A stretch of DNA of 61,451 bases, counting the filler. It is 5 parts of 5 records of this genome, joined end to end, with 100 filler letters (N's around TTAATTAATTAA, not from the genome) between each part and the next. Parts side by side here need not be neighbours in the genome. Positions count along the whole stretch, not along the records: positions 29,268 to 56,930 come from SRR20825010_3351; 4 more parts are not named here. One strand, given 5' to 3'. Shown here piece by piece: positions 37,304 to 48,234 of the stretch. The position numbers and the translations under genes are program-made. Below the pieces are notes generated by a model. The model had not been told where the DNA came from and did not search any database. It saw only the letters and a program-made list of their open reading frames with translations. Every line of letters starts with the position of its first letter. Within the stretch, counting starts at the first letter, position 1.

Positions 37304-38755
37304 CTACTTTTTGTTGGAGGCGGCGACCTTTCTGCGGACGGATTTTTGAGTGGCGGTATCAGGCGGGAGAACCAGCATTTCCAGTTCATCCAACGCCTCA
37401 CCGGTGTAGACCGCCAGCTTCTGCATACTGGGCAAGGTATCGCGGCAGCCCGTGAAACCGAAGTTGAGCGAGCCGGCGTAGCTCAGGCAAGTAATGTTGA
37501 GCGCACCGCCGTGGGCAATAAGCGAAACCGGGTACATGGCTTCCAGTCGTGCTCCTTCATAGTAAAGGGTTTCCCCTGGCCCTGGCACATTGGAAATTGT
37601 CACGTTGAACACCGGGCGCATTCGCCCGCCCAGGCCTGACATCAACTGCAGGATGTAGGGCGACATCAGCAGCATGGTGTATTGGGTCAGGGCTTTACGC
37701 GGCAGTTTCTGAAGGTGTTGTTTGGCCCTGCGGGTAGAGTGTTTGATGTTCTTCAGCCGCTCGAGGGGGTCGGCTTCGTCGGTCGCCAGTGAGGCAATCA
37801 TGAAGCTGATCTGGGTACCCGTGCCCTGGTCGTCGGAGGGGCGGATATTCACCGGAATTCCGGCGGTGAGTGGCGTATCCGGCAAACCATCCTGTTCAAC
37901 AAGAAAGCGGCGCAGGGCAGTGCCACAGAGGTAGAGCACAATGTCGTTCAGGGAACCGTTGGACGCCTGGGCGACCTTTTTGATCCGCTCGAGCTGGTAG
38001 TGCTGGGTGGCAAACCGCCGCTGGCCGGTGACCCGGTGATTGAGGGCGGAAACCGGGCCGGCAAAGGGCGCGGTCAGCCCCTCTTCCGGGTGCCGTGCGG
38101 ACTGGATCAGGCGGTTCATCGCATTCCAGAGCCTCGGTGCCATGTCGGCCTGAATTCTCAGGGCTTCCATGGCCTGGGACAGGGCGGCTGAAATGCTGGC
38201 TTCGGAATCTGTCTTGCTGCCCCGTGTCCGTTCCGGGCGTACCGACCATGGCGGCAGCATATTAATCTCACCGGGGTCCTTGCTGAGCACCCGCTGCATC
38301 AGCCGAACACCGCTGATGCCATCAATCATGGAGTGATGCATCTTGGTGTAGAGGGCAAAACGGTTGTTCTCCAGGCCCTCGATAATGTGGCATTCCCACA
38401 GCGGGCGGGAGAAATCCAGCGGGTTGGAATGCAGCCTGGATACCAGGATGCCAAGTTCCCGTTCACTGCCGGGGCGCGGCAACGCCGAGTGTCGAACGTG
38501 GTAGTCGAGATCCAGCTTCTTGTCGACCTTCCAGGACGGGGCGACCAGGCGGCCCAGGAACCCCGAAAAGGCGAGCTTGTAGCACCAGGGCGGCGCTACA
38601 TCGGCATCGGCTTTCATGCGGGCGAGCATGTCTCTTAGAAACGTCTCCGGAGCATCTTCCGGTAGTGAAAAAATCTGCAGGTTGCCGACGTGCATCGGGG
38701 TGTCTTCCGATTCCACCGCCAACCAGGAAGCGTCCAGTGTGCCCAGGCGTTTCAT
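37304..38755 (-). CDS. Wax ester synthase/diacylglycerol acyltransferase (Marinobacter WS2-like)
   Basis: MKRLGTLDASWLAVESEDTPMHVG, catalytic HHSMIDG, and ISNVPGP. Confidence 0.95.
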   Translation of the reverse strand: MKRLGTLDASWLAVESEDTPMHVGNLQIFSLPEDAPETFLRDMLARMKADADVAPPWCYKLAFSGFLGRLVAPSWKVDKKLDLDYHVRHSALPRPGSERELGILVSRLHSNPLDFSRPLWECHIIEGLENNRFALYTKMHHSMIDGISGVRLMQRVLSKDPGEINMLPPWSVRPERTRGSKTDSEASISAALSQAMEALRIQADMAPRLWNAMNRLIQSARHPEEGLTAPFAGPVSALNHRVTGQRRFATQHYQLERIKKVAQASNGSLNDIVLYLCGTALRRFLVEQDGLPDTPLTAGIPVNIRPSDDQGTGTQISFMIASLATDEADPLERLKNIKHSTRRAKQHLQKLPRKALTQYTMLLMSPYILQLMSGLGGRMRPVFNVTISNVPGPGETLYYEGARLEAMYPVSLIAHGGALNITCLSYAGSLNFGFTGCRDTLPSMQKLAVYTGEALDELEMLVLPPDTATQKSVRRKVAASNKK

Positions 38756-39022
38756 TGATCGTCCTCTTGCTTTATGAAGCTGCCAAACTGCACTGAATCT
38801 GATGCGTTTGGATTCGTATAGTTGTTGTTCGAAAGTATACGCAACAACCAGGACAATCACACGAACAAGCAGGTTGAAAGGTTCAGGTTTTTGCGCGCAA
38901 TCCCATTCCTGTCCTTCCTGCAATTACATGTTGTTGCGAATCCACATTCACTCTTTTTCGGTGGCTTATGCTATTTTCACTAGCTGGCTAATCTAATCAC
39001 AACAACAATCCTTGGAGGCTTT

Positions 39023-39934
39023 GTGGAATCGAGTCCACTGATCTCTGCGGGGCTGCCGATTGCCCTGTTTATTATCATGATCGGTATAGGTATGACCCTG
39101 ACGGTCAGGGACTTCCGCCAAGTGGCTGTGTATCCAAAAGGGATGGTGGTGGGTACCGTTGCCCAGATACTGCTCATGCCCATGGTGGCCTTTGCCATTG
39201 CCTCCATGCTCGACCTGTCATCGGCCATTGCCGTGGGGCTGGTGATCATTGCGGCCTGTCCGGGCGGCACTACCTCCAACCTGTTCGTGTTGCTGTCCCG
39301 GGGGAACATTGCCCTGTCGATCGTGTTGACGGTCACGGCCAGCCTTATAACCATCGTGACTCTGCCGCTGTTCACCAACTATGCGCTTCAACTCTATGCC
39401 GGCACGGAGGAGTCCATCACGCTGCCGGTGGGAAGAACGGTAGGCATGCTGGTGGGGATTGTCCTGTTTCCTGTGGCGATTGGGATGATCTTCCGTACCC
39501 GGGCACCAGAGCTCTCACGCCGTGCTGAAAGCGCAGTCAGCGTGTTCGGGGGTGTGGTTCTGGCGTTGCTGGTTGTCGGTCTGATCTGGGGCGTGCGCGA
39601 CCAGATCTGGGACCTGCTGCGACAGGCCGGCCCGGCAACCCTCCTGCTGAACATTGCCGGTATATTCCTGGGGCTCCTGGCGGGCCGCGCCGTGGGTCTG
39701 ACCCAGCGCGAATCCATTGCAGTTGCTGTGGAGTTGGGCATTAAAAACAGCACCATTGCCCTGTTGGTAACGCTGACGCTGCTGGAGTCCAGCACCATGT
39801 CGATTCCCGCGGCGGTATACGGCGTGCTGATGTTCCCGATCGGATTCCTGCTGGCGGCCTATGGCCGGAAAGTGATTCCAGCGACTACCATCACGACCAC
39901 CACCCCGCCGCGCACAGAGACCAAGGCCGGGTAG
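39023..39934 (+). CDS. Bile acid:sodium symporter family protein
   Basis: IMIGIGMTL, ACPGGTTSN, GNIALS and ELGIKNS. Confidence 0.9.
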   Translation: MESSPLISAGLPIALFIIMIGIGMTLTVRDFRQVAVYPKGMVVGTVAQILLMPMVAFAIASMLDLSSAIAVGLVIIAACPGGTTSNLFVLLSRGNIALSIVLTVTASLITIVTLPLFTNYALQLYAGTEESITLPVGRTVGMLVGIVLFPVAIGMIFRTRAPELSRRAESAVSVFGGVVLALLVVGLIWGVRDQIWDLLRQAGPATLLLNIAGIFLGLLAGRAVGLTQRESIAVAVELGIKNSTIALLVTLTLLESSTMSIPAAVYGVLMFPIGFLLAAYGRKVIPATTITTTTPPRTETKAG

Positions 39935-39998
39935 GCACGGCGCTGCTTAGTGGCTATGCTCCTGACTTGGGCCGTTTTTTCTGTCGGGAGCCGCCACC

Positions 39999-40379
39999 AT
40001 GAACTTTCTCAACGGAATAACCCTGCTGCTGGTGTATCAGTTGGTAGGGGAAGTCACTGTTCGTCTTCTCTCACTGCCGATTCCAGGGCCCGTGCTGGGT
40101 ATGGTGATGTTGTTCCTGACGCTGATGATTCGGGGCGCCACGCCAGAGCCACTTGAGAACGCTTCCAGCGCATTGCTCAGCCATCTGTCGCTACTGTTCG
40201 TGCCGGCGGGTGTTGGCATGATGAGTCATTTTGGCCGGATTGCGGATGAGTGGCTGCCGATCACGCTGGCCCTGTTTCTCTCCACTATTATCACCATGGT
40301 CGCCACCGCCGGCATTATGCAGGTAACCTCGCGATGGTTTGCCCGACCCGAAAATGCGGGAGGGCAGCGGGATGAATGA
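39999..40379 (+). CDS. CidA/LrgA family protein
   Basis: LPIPGPVLGM and LLFVPAGVG. Confidence 0.92.
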   Translation: MNFLNGITLLLVYQLVGEVTVRLLSLPIPGPVLGMVMLFLTLMIRGATPEPLENASSALLSHLSLLFVPAGVGMMSHFGRIADEWLPITLALFLSTIITMVATAGIMQVTSRWFARPENAGGQRDE

Positions 40380-41097
40380 GCCGGTCATTCGTGATATCTG
40401 GGTTTATCTTTCAACGTCGCCGTTGCTTGGCCTGACCATTACGCTGGTGGCCTATGGCCTTGCCTATCGGCTCTATCTCAAGTCCAACTCCAGCCCCCTG
40501 GCCAATCCGGTGGTTACCTCAGTGGCGATGCTGATTGCCCTGTTGATGCTCACTGGTACCTCCTACGAGGAGTACTTCGAAGGCGGGCAGTTCGTTCACT
40601 TCCTGTTGGGGCCTGCCACGGTGGCGCTGGCGGTTCCCCTTTACCAGCAGTTTTCCCGGCTGCGCCAACTCTGGTTGCCGGTATCCATTTCCCTGGTGTG
40701 TGGTGTTGTGATTGCAGCGGGCAGCTCCATTGGGCTTGCCTGGCTTCTTGGCGGCTCCACTGAGATTCAGGTGTCCCTGGCGCCCAAATCCGCCACGGCG
40801 CCGGTTGCCATGGGGATCTCCGAAACCATCGGCGGCATTCCGTCCCTGACCGCCGTTCTGGTGGTGGCCACTGGTATTGTCGGTGCGGTGCTCGGTACCA
40901 AACTGTTTGAATGGATGCGTATCACCGACGACAGTGTGAAAGGCATCGCCATGGGTGTGGCGGCCCATGGCATTGGCACAGCACGAGCATTTCAGGTCAG
41001 TTCCCAGATGGGCGCTTTTTCGGGGCTGGCGATGGCGCTGTCGGCGTTTGCGACGGCATTGATTGTGCCCTGGTTGGTGGATTTACTCGGAATTTAG
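40372..41097 (+). CDS. LrgB family protein
   Basis: LLGPATVALAVPLY, PKSATAPVA and AHGIGTARA. Confidence 0.92.
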   Translation: MNEPVIRDIWVYLSTSPLLGLTITLVAYGLAYRLYLKSNSSPLANPVVTSVAMLIALLMLTGTSYEEYFEGGQFVHFLLGPATVALAVPLYQQFSRLRQLWLPVSISLVCGVVIAAGSSIGLAWLLGGSTEIQVSLAPKSATAPVAMGISETIGGIPSLTAVLVVATGIVGAVLGTKLFEWMRITDDSVKGIAMGVAAHGIGTARAFQVSSQMGAFSGLAMALSAFATALIVPWLVDLLGI

Positions 41098-41116
41098 ACC
41101 GGCAGCAGGAGGTAAA

Positions 41117-43189
41117 GTGATCGTTCACAGGAGATTGGTTGTGGTCTTTTCAGCGCTGATATCCGCTGGAACATGGGCTACCGCCAATGCGCAGCAAAGC
41201 GTGGAGTCGCAAGACAATGTCATCAAGGTGACGTCGCCCCGCCTTGAGAGAGACCTCTACGAGACCCCCGCTGCGGTGTCCGTGACCAATGCCCCGGACA
41301 TCCAGGAGGGCCAGCAGAGGCTGCAACTGGACGAGTCCCTGGATACTGTCCCTGGCCTGTTCTTCCAGAACCGCTACAACTTCGCCCAGAATCTGCGGCT
41401 GTCCACCCGTGGTTTTGGTGCCCGGGCGCCATTCGGCATTCGCGGCATTCGTATACAGGTGGATGGCATCCCCTACACGTTGCCCGATGGGCAGTCTCAG
41501 ATTGATGCGGTGGACCTGGACTCGGCACAGCGCATTGAAGTGATTCGCGGGCCGTCGTCGGTTCAGTACGGTAACGCCTCCGGTGGGGTGATCGACATTA
41601 CCACGGCCCGTGGAGACGAAATGCCGCCGGGCGCGCGCCTGCGTCAGGATGTGGGAAGCAACGACTATTACAAAACCACGTTCCAGGCCAACGGAAGTGA
41701 GGGGGCGACGAGTGGCATCGCAACTGCGTCCTGGCTTAACTACAACGGTTACCGCGATCAGAGCCAGGTTGAGAAAGGCCTTTTCAATGGGCGGGTGTCT
41801 CATGGTTGGGGAGCCGGGCAGCGTTTAACGGCCACCTTAAATGCCTTGCACACGCCAAAAGCAGAAGACCCCGCCGGCCTGACAGCGAGCCAGGTGGAAC
41901 AGGATCGCCGCCAGGCGACGGCCAATGCCGAACGGCTCGACGCCGGCCAGGACGTTGACCAGCAGACGCTTGGGTTGCTGTATGAAACCGCCGAGATGGG
42001 TACTGGGGACCTGGCCGTTAGTACCTTTTTTACGCACCGTGATTTTGCCCAGCAACTGCCGTTTCCCGGCCCCAGCCGAATTGCCTACGACCGGCAGTTC
42101 TACGGCGTCAGTACGGATTACCAGCAGGGCAGCAAGGTAGCGGGCCTTCCGCTGACCTGGGTGGTGGGCGTTGACCTTCATCGCCAGGTTGATGAACGCC
42201 GGCGCTATTCGGTGTCGTTTAACGGTGATGTCACCGGACAAACCCAGGACGAAACCCAGAACGGCACTACCGCCGCGGTGTTTGCCCAGGGTGACCTGGC
42301 ATTGACGGAGCGCCTGAACGTGTCTCTGGGCACCCGGTTTGATCGCCTGCGGCTGTCGGTGGATGACCACAGGATCAGTGACGGAGACGATTCCGGCAGC
42401 CGCACCTATCGGGAATTCAGTGGTTTTGCAGGAGTCAGCTATCGGTTGGCGCCACGCCAGCAGTTCTACGCCACAGTGGGCACGGCCTTTGAAGCACCCA
42501 CCTTCACGGAGTTTGCCAATCCCGACGGCAGCGGTGGCTTCAATCCAGACATTGAGCCCCAGCAGGCGCTTAACCGGGAAGTCGGTATACGCGGCGGCCT
42601 GGGGCAGGGGATTCGTTATGACCTGGCGCTGTTCTCCGTCCGCGTCGACGACGAAATCCTGCCCTATGAGATCAATAACCGTACCTTCTACGAAAACGCC
42701 GGGCGCACAGAACGGAATGGGGTGGAGCTTGGCCTGAAGTGGGACATTTCCTACGCCTGGCGCGTAACCAGTGCCATGACCCTGGCGGACTACACACTCA
42801 AGGACTTTACCGACGAGCAGGGAAACGACGCCGATGGCAATCGCCTGCCGGGGTTACCGCAGGAGCAATGGGTTACGGAAATTGAGTGGCGCGGTGACGG
42901 GCAACGGTTTGCTGCCCTGGAGTGGCAGTACGTGGGTGACCTGTACGCCGAGAACAGCAACCAGACCAGGGTCAGCGACTACTGGCTGCTGGGGATTCGG
43001 GCCGGTGACAGCGTTCGCGTGGGCAGTCAGAAATTCAGCGTCTACGGCGGTATCCGCAACCTTCTGGATGAGGATTACTTCAGCAATATCCGCATCAATG
43101 CCAATGCAGACAGGCCGATAGAAGATCGCGGCTACTATGAACCCGCGCCCGGCAGAACTTTCTATGCCGGGCTGGAGTGGGCATTCTGA
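41117..43189 (+). CDS. TonB-dependent receptor, YncD/PqqU-like
   Basis: QNRYNFAQ..RGFGAR..FGIRGIR..VDGIP.T.PDGQ and C-terminal YEPAPGR..F. GTG start after a GGAGG RBS. Confidence 0.85.
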   Translation: MIVHRRLVVVFSALISAGTWATANAQQSVESQDNVIKVTSPRLERDLYETPAAVSVTNAPDIQEGQQRLQLDESLDTVPGLFFQNRYNFAQNLRLSTRGFGARAPFGIRGIRIQVDGIPYTLPDGQSQIDAVDLDSAQRIEVIRGPSSVQYGNASGGVIDITTARGDEMPPGARLRQDVGSNDYYKTTFQANGSEGATSGIATASWLNYNGYRDQSQVEKGLFNGRVSHGWGAGQRLTATLNALHTPKAEDPAGLTASQVEQDRRQATANAERLDAGQDVDQQTLGLLYETAEMGTGDLAVSTFFTHRDFAQQLPFPGPSRIAYDRQFYGVSTDYQQGSKVAGLPLTWVVGVDLHRQVDERRRYSVSFNGDVTGQTQDETQNGTTAAVFAQGDLALTERLNVSLGTRFDRLRLSVDDHRISDGDDSGSRTYREFSGFAGVSYRLAPRQQFYATVGTAFEAPTFTEFANPDGSGGFNPDIEPQQALNREVGIRGGLGQGIRYDLALFSVRVDDEILPYEINNRTFYENAGRTERNGVELGLKWDISYAWRVTSAMTLADYTLKDFTDEQGNDADGNRLPGLPQEQWVTEIEWRGDGQRFAALEWQYVGDLYAENSNQTRVSDYWLLGIRAGDSVRVGSQKFSVYGGIRNLLDEDYFSNIRINANADRPIEDRGYYEPAPGRTFYAGLEWAF

Positions 43190-43205
43190 CAATCAATGGC
43201 GACAT

Positions 43206-44753
43206 TCAATCCGCGTCGTCCGGTTCCCGTTGCGGGCAGTGGCACTCCTCCATGACCACGCCGTTGTCGACGCTTTCAAGGTGGACATCAAAGCCCCACA
43301 AACGATGCACGTGACGAAGCACCTCGTCAGTGTCGTCGCCAAGTGGAACCCTGTCGACGGGGATGTGCCGCAGGGTCAGTGATCGATCCCCCCTGACATC
43401 CACATTCCAGACCTGGATATTGGGTTCGCGGTAGCTCAGGTTGTATTGCCGTGCCAGCTTTTCCCGAAGGCTGCGGTAGCCGGGGTCATCGTGGATGGCG
43501 GTGATCCGGTAGACGTCTTCCTCATCATCGTTCTGAATGGCAAAAAGCTTCAGATCCCTCATCACTTTTGGGGACAGGAACTGCTGGATGAAACTCTCAT
43601 CCTTGAAATTCTTCATGGCGAAATGCAGGGTTTCCAGCCAATCAGAACCGGCAAAGTCCGGGAACCATTCGCGGTCCTCGTCGGTGGGATTCTCACAGAT
43701 CCGCCGCAGGTCGGTGAACATCGAAAAACCCAGAGTGTAGGGGTTGATGCCCGAATACCAGGGGCTGTCAAACGGTGGTTGGTAAACCACGGCCGTATGA
43801 CTTTGCAGAAACTCCATCATGAAACCGTCGTTCACCAAGCCCTTGTCGTACATTCTGTGTAGCAGGGTGTAATGCCAGAAGGTGGCCCAGCCTTCGTTCA
43901 TCACCTGGGTCTGGCGCTGCGGGTAGAAGTACTGGCCCAGCTTGCGAACGATACGGATGATTTCCCGCTGCCAGGTTTCCAGTAGTGGCGCGTTCTTCTC
44001 GATGAAGTAGAGGATGTTTTCCTGGGGTTCTTCCGGGTAGCGCTTCTTGCGGCTCACCGGGTCGTCATCCTCGCCCATTTTGGGGATGGTGCGCCAAAGA
44101 TCGTTGAGCCGGCGCTGCTGATATTCCTCGCGTTCCTTTTGCCGGCGCAGCTCTTCGGCGGCAGAGATCGGCGCGGGGCGTTTGTAGCGGTCAACGCCGT
44201 AGTTCATCAGCGCGTGGCAGGAATCCAGGATTTCTTCCACCGCATCCAGGCCATAACGCTCCTCGCACTCGGCCACGTAGTTACGGGCGAATACCAGATA
44301 GTCAATGATGGCGCTGGCGTCGGTCCAAGTGCGGAACAGGTAGTTGCCCTTGAAGAACGAGTTGTGGCCATAGGAAGCGTGGGCAATCACCAATGCCTGC
44401 ATGGGCAGGGTGTTCTCCTCCATCAGGTAAGCGATGCAAGGATCGGAGTTGATCACGATCTCGTAGGCAAGCCCCATCTGCCCCCGCTGATACCCTTTGG
44501 AGGTAGACAGGAACTGCTTGCCGAAAGACCAATGGTGGTAACCCACGGGCATACCGACGGAGCTGTAGGCGTCCATCATCTGTTCGGCGCTGATCACCTC
44601 CACCTGATTGGGGTAGGTGTCGAGACCGAACTCCGCCGCGCATTTGGCGATTTCCTCGTCGTATTTCTCGATCAGCGGGAAGGTCCACTCGGAACTGGTG
44701 GAGATAGGTTCCCGGGTTTTCGGCTCGTTGGGTCTGTCGATGGTGTCGGTCAT
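43206..44753 (-). CDS. ycgB: SpoVR family protein
   Basis: [23 protein letters not shown] and [10 protein letters not shown]. Confidence 0.93.
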   Translation of the reverse strand: MTDTIDRPNEPKTREPISTSSEWTFPLIEKYDEEIAKCAAEFGLDTYPNQVEVISAEQMMDAYSSVGMPVGYHHWSFGKQFLSTSKGYQRGQMGLAYEIVINSDPCIAYLMEENTLPMQALVIAHASYGHNSFFKGNYLFRTWTDASAIIDYLVFARNYVAECEERYGLDAVEEILDSCHALMNYGVDRYKRPAPISAAEELRRQKEREEYQQRRLNDLWRTIPKMGEDDDPVSRKKRYPEEPQENILYFIEKNAPLLETWQREIIRIVRKLGQYFYPQRQTQVMNEGWATFWHYTLLHRMYDKGLVNDGFMMEFLQSHTAVVYQPPFDSPWYSGINPYTLGFSMFTDLRRICENPTDEDREWFPDFAGSDWLETLHFAMKNFKDESFIQQFLSPKVMRDLKLFAIQNDDEEDVYRITAIHDDPGYRSLREKLARQYNLSYREPNIQVWNVDVRGDRSLTLRHIPVDRVPLGDDTDEVLRHVHRLWGFDVHLESVDNGVVMEECHCPQREPDDAD

Positions 44754-46045
44754 GCGGCTTTCCTCTCGAACAACTGGCGGAAGACCGGATAGATTTCACC
44801 AGGGTCGGCGATCTGTTGCAGTGCGAAGCTCTGCGGGAACCGCTCCTGAATTTTCTCGTATTCGTACCAGAGCATCTGGTGATCCTGGGGCGTGATCTCC
44901 ACATAAGCGTAATACTGCACCAAAGGCAGGATGCTGTCGGCCAGCAACTTGCTGCAGATGGGCGAATCATCGTTCCAGTTGTCACCGTCCGAAGCCTGGG
45001 CGGCATAGATGTTCCACTCCGCAGGGGAGTAGCGGGACTCGATGATCTTGTGCATCAGTTTCAGAGCACTGGATACGATGGTGCCGCCTGTTTCCCGTGA
45101 GTAGAAGAACTCTTCCTCGTCCACTTCCTTGGCGCTGGTGTGGTGGCGGATGAAGACCACTTCGATCTTCTTGTAGTTCTTCTTCAGGAACAGATACAGC
45201 AGGATGAAGAAACGTTTGGCGATGTCCTTGTGCATCTGGGTCATCGACCCGGACACATCCATCAGGCAGAACATTACGGCACTGGTGGCTGGCTGGGGCT
45301 TCTTCACGTGCTGGCGGTACCGCAGGTCAATCTCGTCAATGAACGGGATGCGCCGGACATTGGCCTTGAGATCGGCAATCTCATCCTCCAGGGCTTTGAT
45401 CTGGTCCTCGTGGCTGAAGGCCGGGTCCAGATCCTCCGGTGCGCTTTTCAGCGCGGCCAGTTCTTCCTCCATTCTGCGGATTTTCTTGCGGCGTGCGCCA
45501 CCGAGGCCAAGACGTCGGGCATGGGCGCCTCGTAATGAGCGAACCACGTCCAGCTTGGCGGGTATGCCCTGGGTTGAAAAACCGGAGCGAACGTATTTGA
45601 ACGCCTCGGTGTCTTTCAGCTTTTTACGGGCGAGATTGGGAAGTTCCAGATCATCAAACAGAAAGTCGAGGAATTCTTCCTGGGTAATCTGAAAGGCGAA
45701 CTCATCCATGCCTTCGCCATCCGGGCTGGCCTGGCCCTGTCCCTGGCCTCCGCCGCCACCTCCCGGAGGTTTGGGCACCGTGTCACCGGTGACGAACTCC
45801 TTGTTGCCCGGATGCACCATCTCCCGCTTGCCACCCTGGCCATGGTGGAAGATTGGTTCGTCAGTATCCCGGGACGGAATACTGACATTCTCACCACGCT
45901 CAATATCCGTAATGGAGCGCCGGTGAACCGCGTCCGCCACGGCCTTCTTGATGTGATGGCGGTAACGGCGCAGGAAACGTTCCCGGTTTACCGCGCTCTT
46001 GTTCTTGCCGTTCAGTCGCCGGTCGACTACGTGGGTCATACCCAT
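44750..46045 (-). CDS. yeaH: YeaH/YhbH (UPF0229, vWA-like) protein
   Basis: KS.VNRERF, MDVSGSM, ETGGT and SDGDNW. Confidence 0.93.
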   Translation of the reverse strand: MGMTHVVDRRLNGKNKSAVNRERFLRRYRHHIKKAVADAVHRRSITDIERGENVSIPSRDTDEPIFHHGQGGKREMVHPGNKEFVTGDTVPKPPGGGGGGQGQGQASPDGEGMDEFAFQITQEEFLDFLFDDLELPNLARKKLKDTEAFKYVRSGFSTQGIPAKLDVVRSLRGAHARRLGLGGARRKKIRRMEEELAALKSAPEDLDPAFSHEDQIKALEDEIADLKANVRRIPFIDEIDLRYRQHVKKPQPATSAVMFCLMDVSGSMTQMHKDIAKRFFILLYLFLKKNYKKIEVVFIRHHTSAKEVDEEEFFYSRETGGTIVSSALKLMHKIIESRYSPAEWNIYAAQASDGDNWNDDSPICSKLLADSILPLVQYYAYVEITPQDHQMLWYEYEKIQERFPQSFALQQIADPGEIYPVFRQLFERKAA

Positions 46046-46078
46046 AGTTTCACTCCAGTTCAGCGTATGAAGGCTGAC

Positions 46079-48001
46079 TTATTGAGACTTACGAACCCGC
46101 AGGTACCATTCCGCAAGGAGGCGGACCTGTTTCTCCGTGTAGCCTCGATCGACCATACGTTCGACGAACTGCTTGTGCTTGTTCTGATCCTCCTGGCTGG
46201 CCTTCGGATTGAAGGAAATAACCGGCAGCAGGTCCTCGGTATTGGAGAACATTTTCTTCTCGATCACGCTGCGCAGTTTTTCGTAGCTGAGCCAGGACGG
46301 GTTGCGACCCTGGTTGTTCGCCCGTGCCCGCAACACGAAATTGACTACCTCGTTGCGGAAGTCTTTCGGGTTGCTGATGCCGGCCGGCTTCTCGATTTTC
46401 TCCAGTTCGTCGTTAATGGACGAGCGGTCGAGAATTTCCCCGGTTTCCGGATCACGGTATTCCTGATCCTGAATCCAGAAGTCGGCATAGGTGACGTAGC
46501 GATCGAACAGGTTCTGGCCGTATTCGCTGTAGCTTTCGAGGTAAGCCGTCTGGATTTCCTTGCCAATAAACTCAACGTAGTGAGGCGCCAGGAACTCCTT
46601 GATAAACCGCAGGTAGCGGTCGTGGGTCTCGGCCTGGAACTGCTCCTGCTCGATCTGTTTTTCCAGTACATAGAGCAGATGAACCGGGTTAGCCGCCACC
46701 TCCGTGGTGTCGAAGTTGAAGACCTTGGACAGAATCTTGAACGCGAAACGGGTGGACAGCCCGTCCATGCCCTCATTCACGCCGGCTGAATCGCGATATT
46801 CCTGGATCGACTTGGCTTTGGGATCGGTATCCTTGATGTTCTGGCCATCGTAAACCCGCATCTTGGAAAAGATACTGGAGTTTTCCGGCTCTTTGACCCG
46901 CGACAGGATGGAGAACTGCGCCAGCATATCCAGGGTGTCCGGTGCGCAGGGGGCGCCGGAAAGGGAACTGTCGCGCAGCAATTTGCGATAAATATCAATC
47001 TCTTCCGTCACGCGCAGGCAGTAGGGCACCTTGACGATATACACCCGGTCAAGGAAGGCCTCATTGTGCTTGTTGTTACGGAAGGTCTGCCACTCGGACT
47101 CGTTGGAGTGGGCCAGGATAATACCGTCGAACGGCACGGAGCCCATGCCTTCGGTGGTGTTGTAGTTGCCTTCCTGGGTGGCGGTCAGTAACGGATGCAG
47201 CACCTTGATAGGCGCCTTGAACATTTCCACGAATTCCATCAGGCCCTGGTTGGCCTTGCACAGGCCGCCGCTGAAGCTGTAGGCGTCCGGGTCATCCTGG
47301 GAGAAGTCTTCCAGCATGCGGATATTCACCTTGCCTACGAGGGCGGAGATGTCCTGGTTATTGTCATCGCCCGGCTCGGTCTTTGATACACCCACCTGGT
47401 CCAGTACCGACGGGTACATCTTCACCACACGGAACTGACTGATGTCGCCGCCGTACTCGTGCAGGCGTTTTACCGCCCAGGGCGACATGATGGACTTGAG
47501 GTAGCGGGACGGAATGCCGTATTCCTCTTCCAGAATACTCGCATCCTCAGCGGGATCGAACAGGCCTAGTGGCGACTCGTTAACGGGTGAGCCCTTGATC
47601 GCATAGAAGGGCACTTTCTGCATCAGTGACTTGAGTTTTTCAGCGAGAGAGGACTTGCCGCCACCGACGGGGCCAAGCAGGTAGAGGATCTGTTTCTTCT
47701 CTTCCAGGCCCTGGGCAGCGTGGCGGAAGAAGGAGACGATGTTTTCCACGGCCTCTTCCATGCCATAGAACTCGGAGAATTCCGGGTAACGCTTGATCAC
47801 CTTGTTGGAAAAGATACGTGACAGCCGGGAGTCACGGGATGTGTCGATATGCTCCGGCTCGCCGATGGCCAGTAACATCCTTTCTGCGGCAGTGGCGTAT
47901 GCCGCCGGGTCCTTTTTGCAGATCTCCAGGTATTCCTCAAGAGTGTATTCTTCTTCCTGAGTTGCTTCATACCGGTCTTTGAAATGCTGCATTATGCTCA
48001 T
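46079..48001 (-). CDS. yeaG: PrkA/YeaG AAA+ serine kinase
   Basis: GPVGGGKSS, EPGDDNNQDIS and EFVEMFKAPIK. Confidence 0.95.
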   Translation of the reverse strand: MSIMQHFKDRYEATQEEEYTLEEYLEICKKDPAAYATAAERMLLAIGEPEHIDTSRDSRLSRIFSNKVIKRYPEFSEFYGMEEAVENIVSFFRHAAQGLEEKKQILYLLGPVGGGKSSLAEKLKSLMQKVPFYAIKGSPVNESPLGLFDPAEDASILEEEYGIPSRYLKSIMSPWAVKRLHEYGGDISQFRVVKMYPSVLDQVGVSKTEPGDDNNQDISALVGKVNIRMLEDFSQDDPDAYSFSGGLCKANQGLMEFVEMFKAPIKVLHPLLTATQEGNYNTTEGMGSVPFDGIILAHSNESEWQTFRNNKHNEAFLDRVYIVKVPYCLRVTEEIDIYRKLLRDSSLSGAPCAPDTLDMLAQFSILSRVKEPENSSIFSKMRVYDGQNIKDTDPKAKSIQEYRDSAGVNEGMDGLSTRFAFKILSKVFNFDTTEVAANPVHLLYVLEKQIEQEQFQAETHDRYLRFIKEFLAPHYVEFIGKEIQTAYLESYSEYGQNLFDRYVTYADFWIQDQEYRDPETGEILDRSSINDELEKIEKPAGISNPKDFRNEVVNFVLRARANNQGRNPSWLSYEKLRSVIEKKMFSNTEDLLPVISFNPKASQEDQNKHKQFVERMVDRGYTEKQVRLLAEWYLRVRKSQ

Positions 48002-48234
48002 AGATGGCCCCTCGCTTGCTCTCTTGCCATGAAAAGACAGCTTTTAGTTCACACAATATCCCCGTTGCTGTTGGGTCCGCCGCTCCAGGCGGTCGTTATG
48101 GTTATGGGTGGAAGTAAAGGGAGTAACAGACCGATTTACGCTGACGCGTTTATGTCGGTCTTGTTACTGTGAGCTTAGTTCAAGCTTCGGGACTTGGACA
48201 GGAGTAAAAGCGTTAAGGTTCATTAAATTGTGTA

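Noticed and set aside
48005-48020. Sigma54-like TGGCCC-N5-TTGCT
   Set aside because: It points away from yeaG toward the 3' end of tpm and overlaps the yeaG RBS, so it is probably chance.
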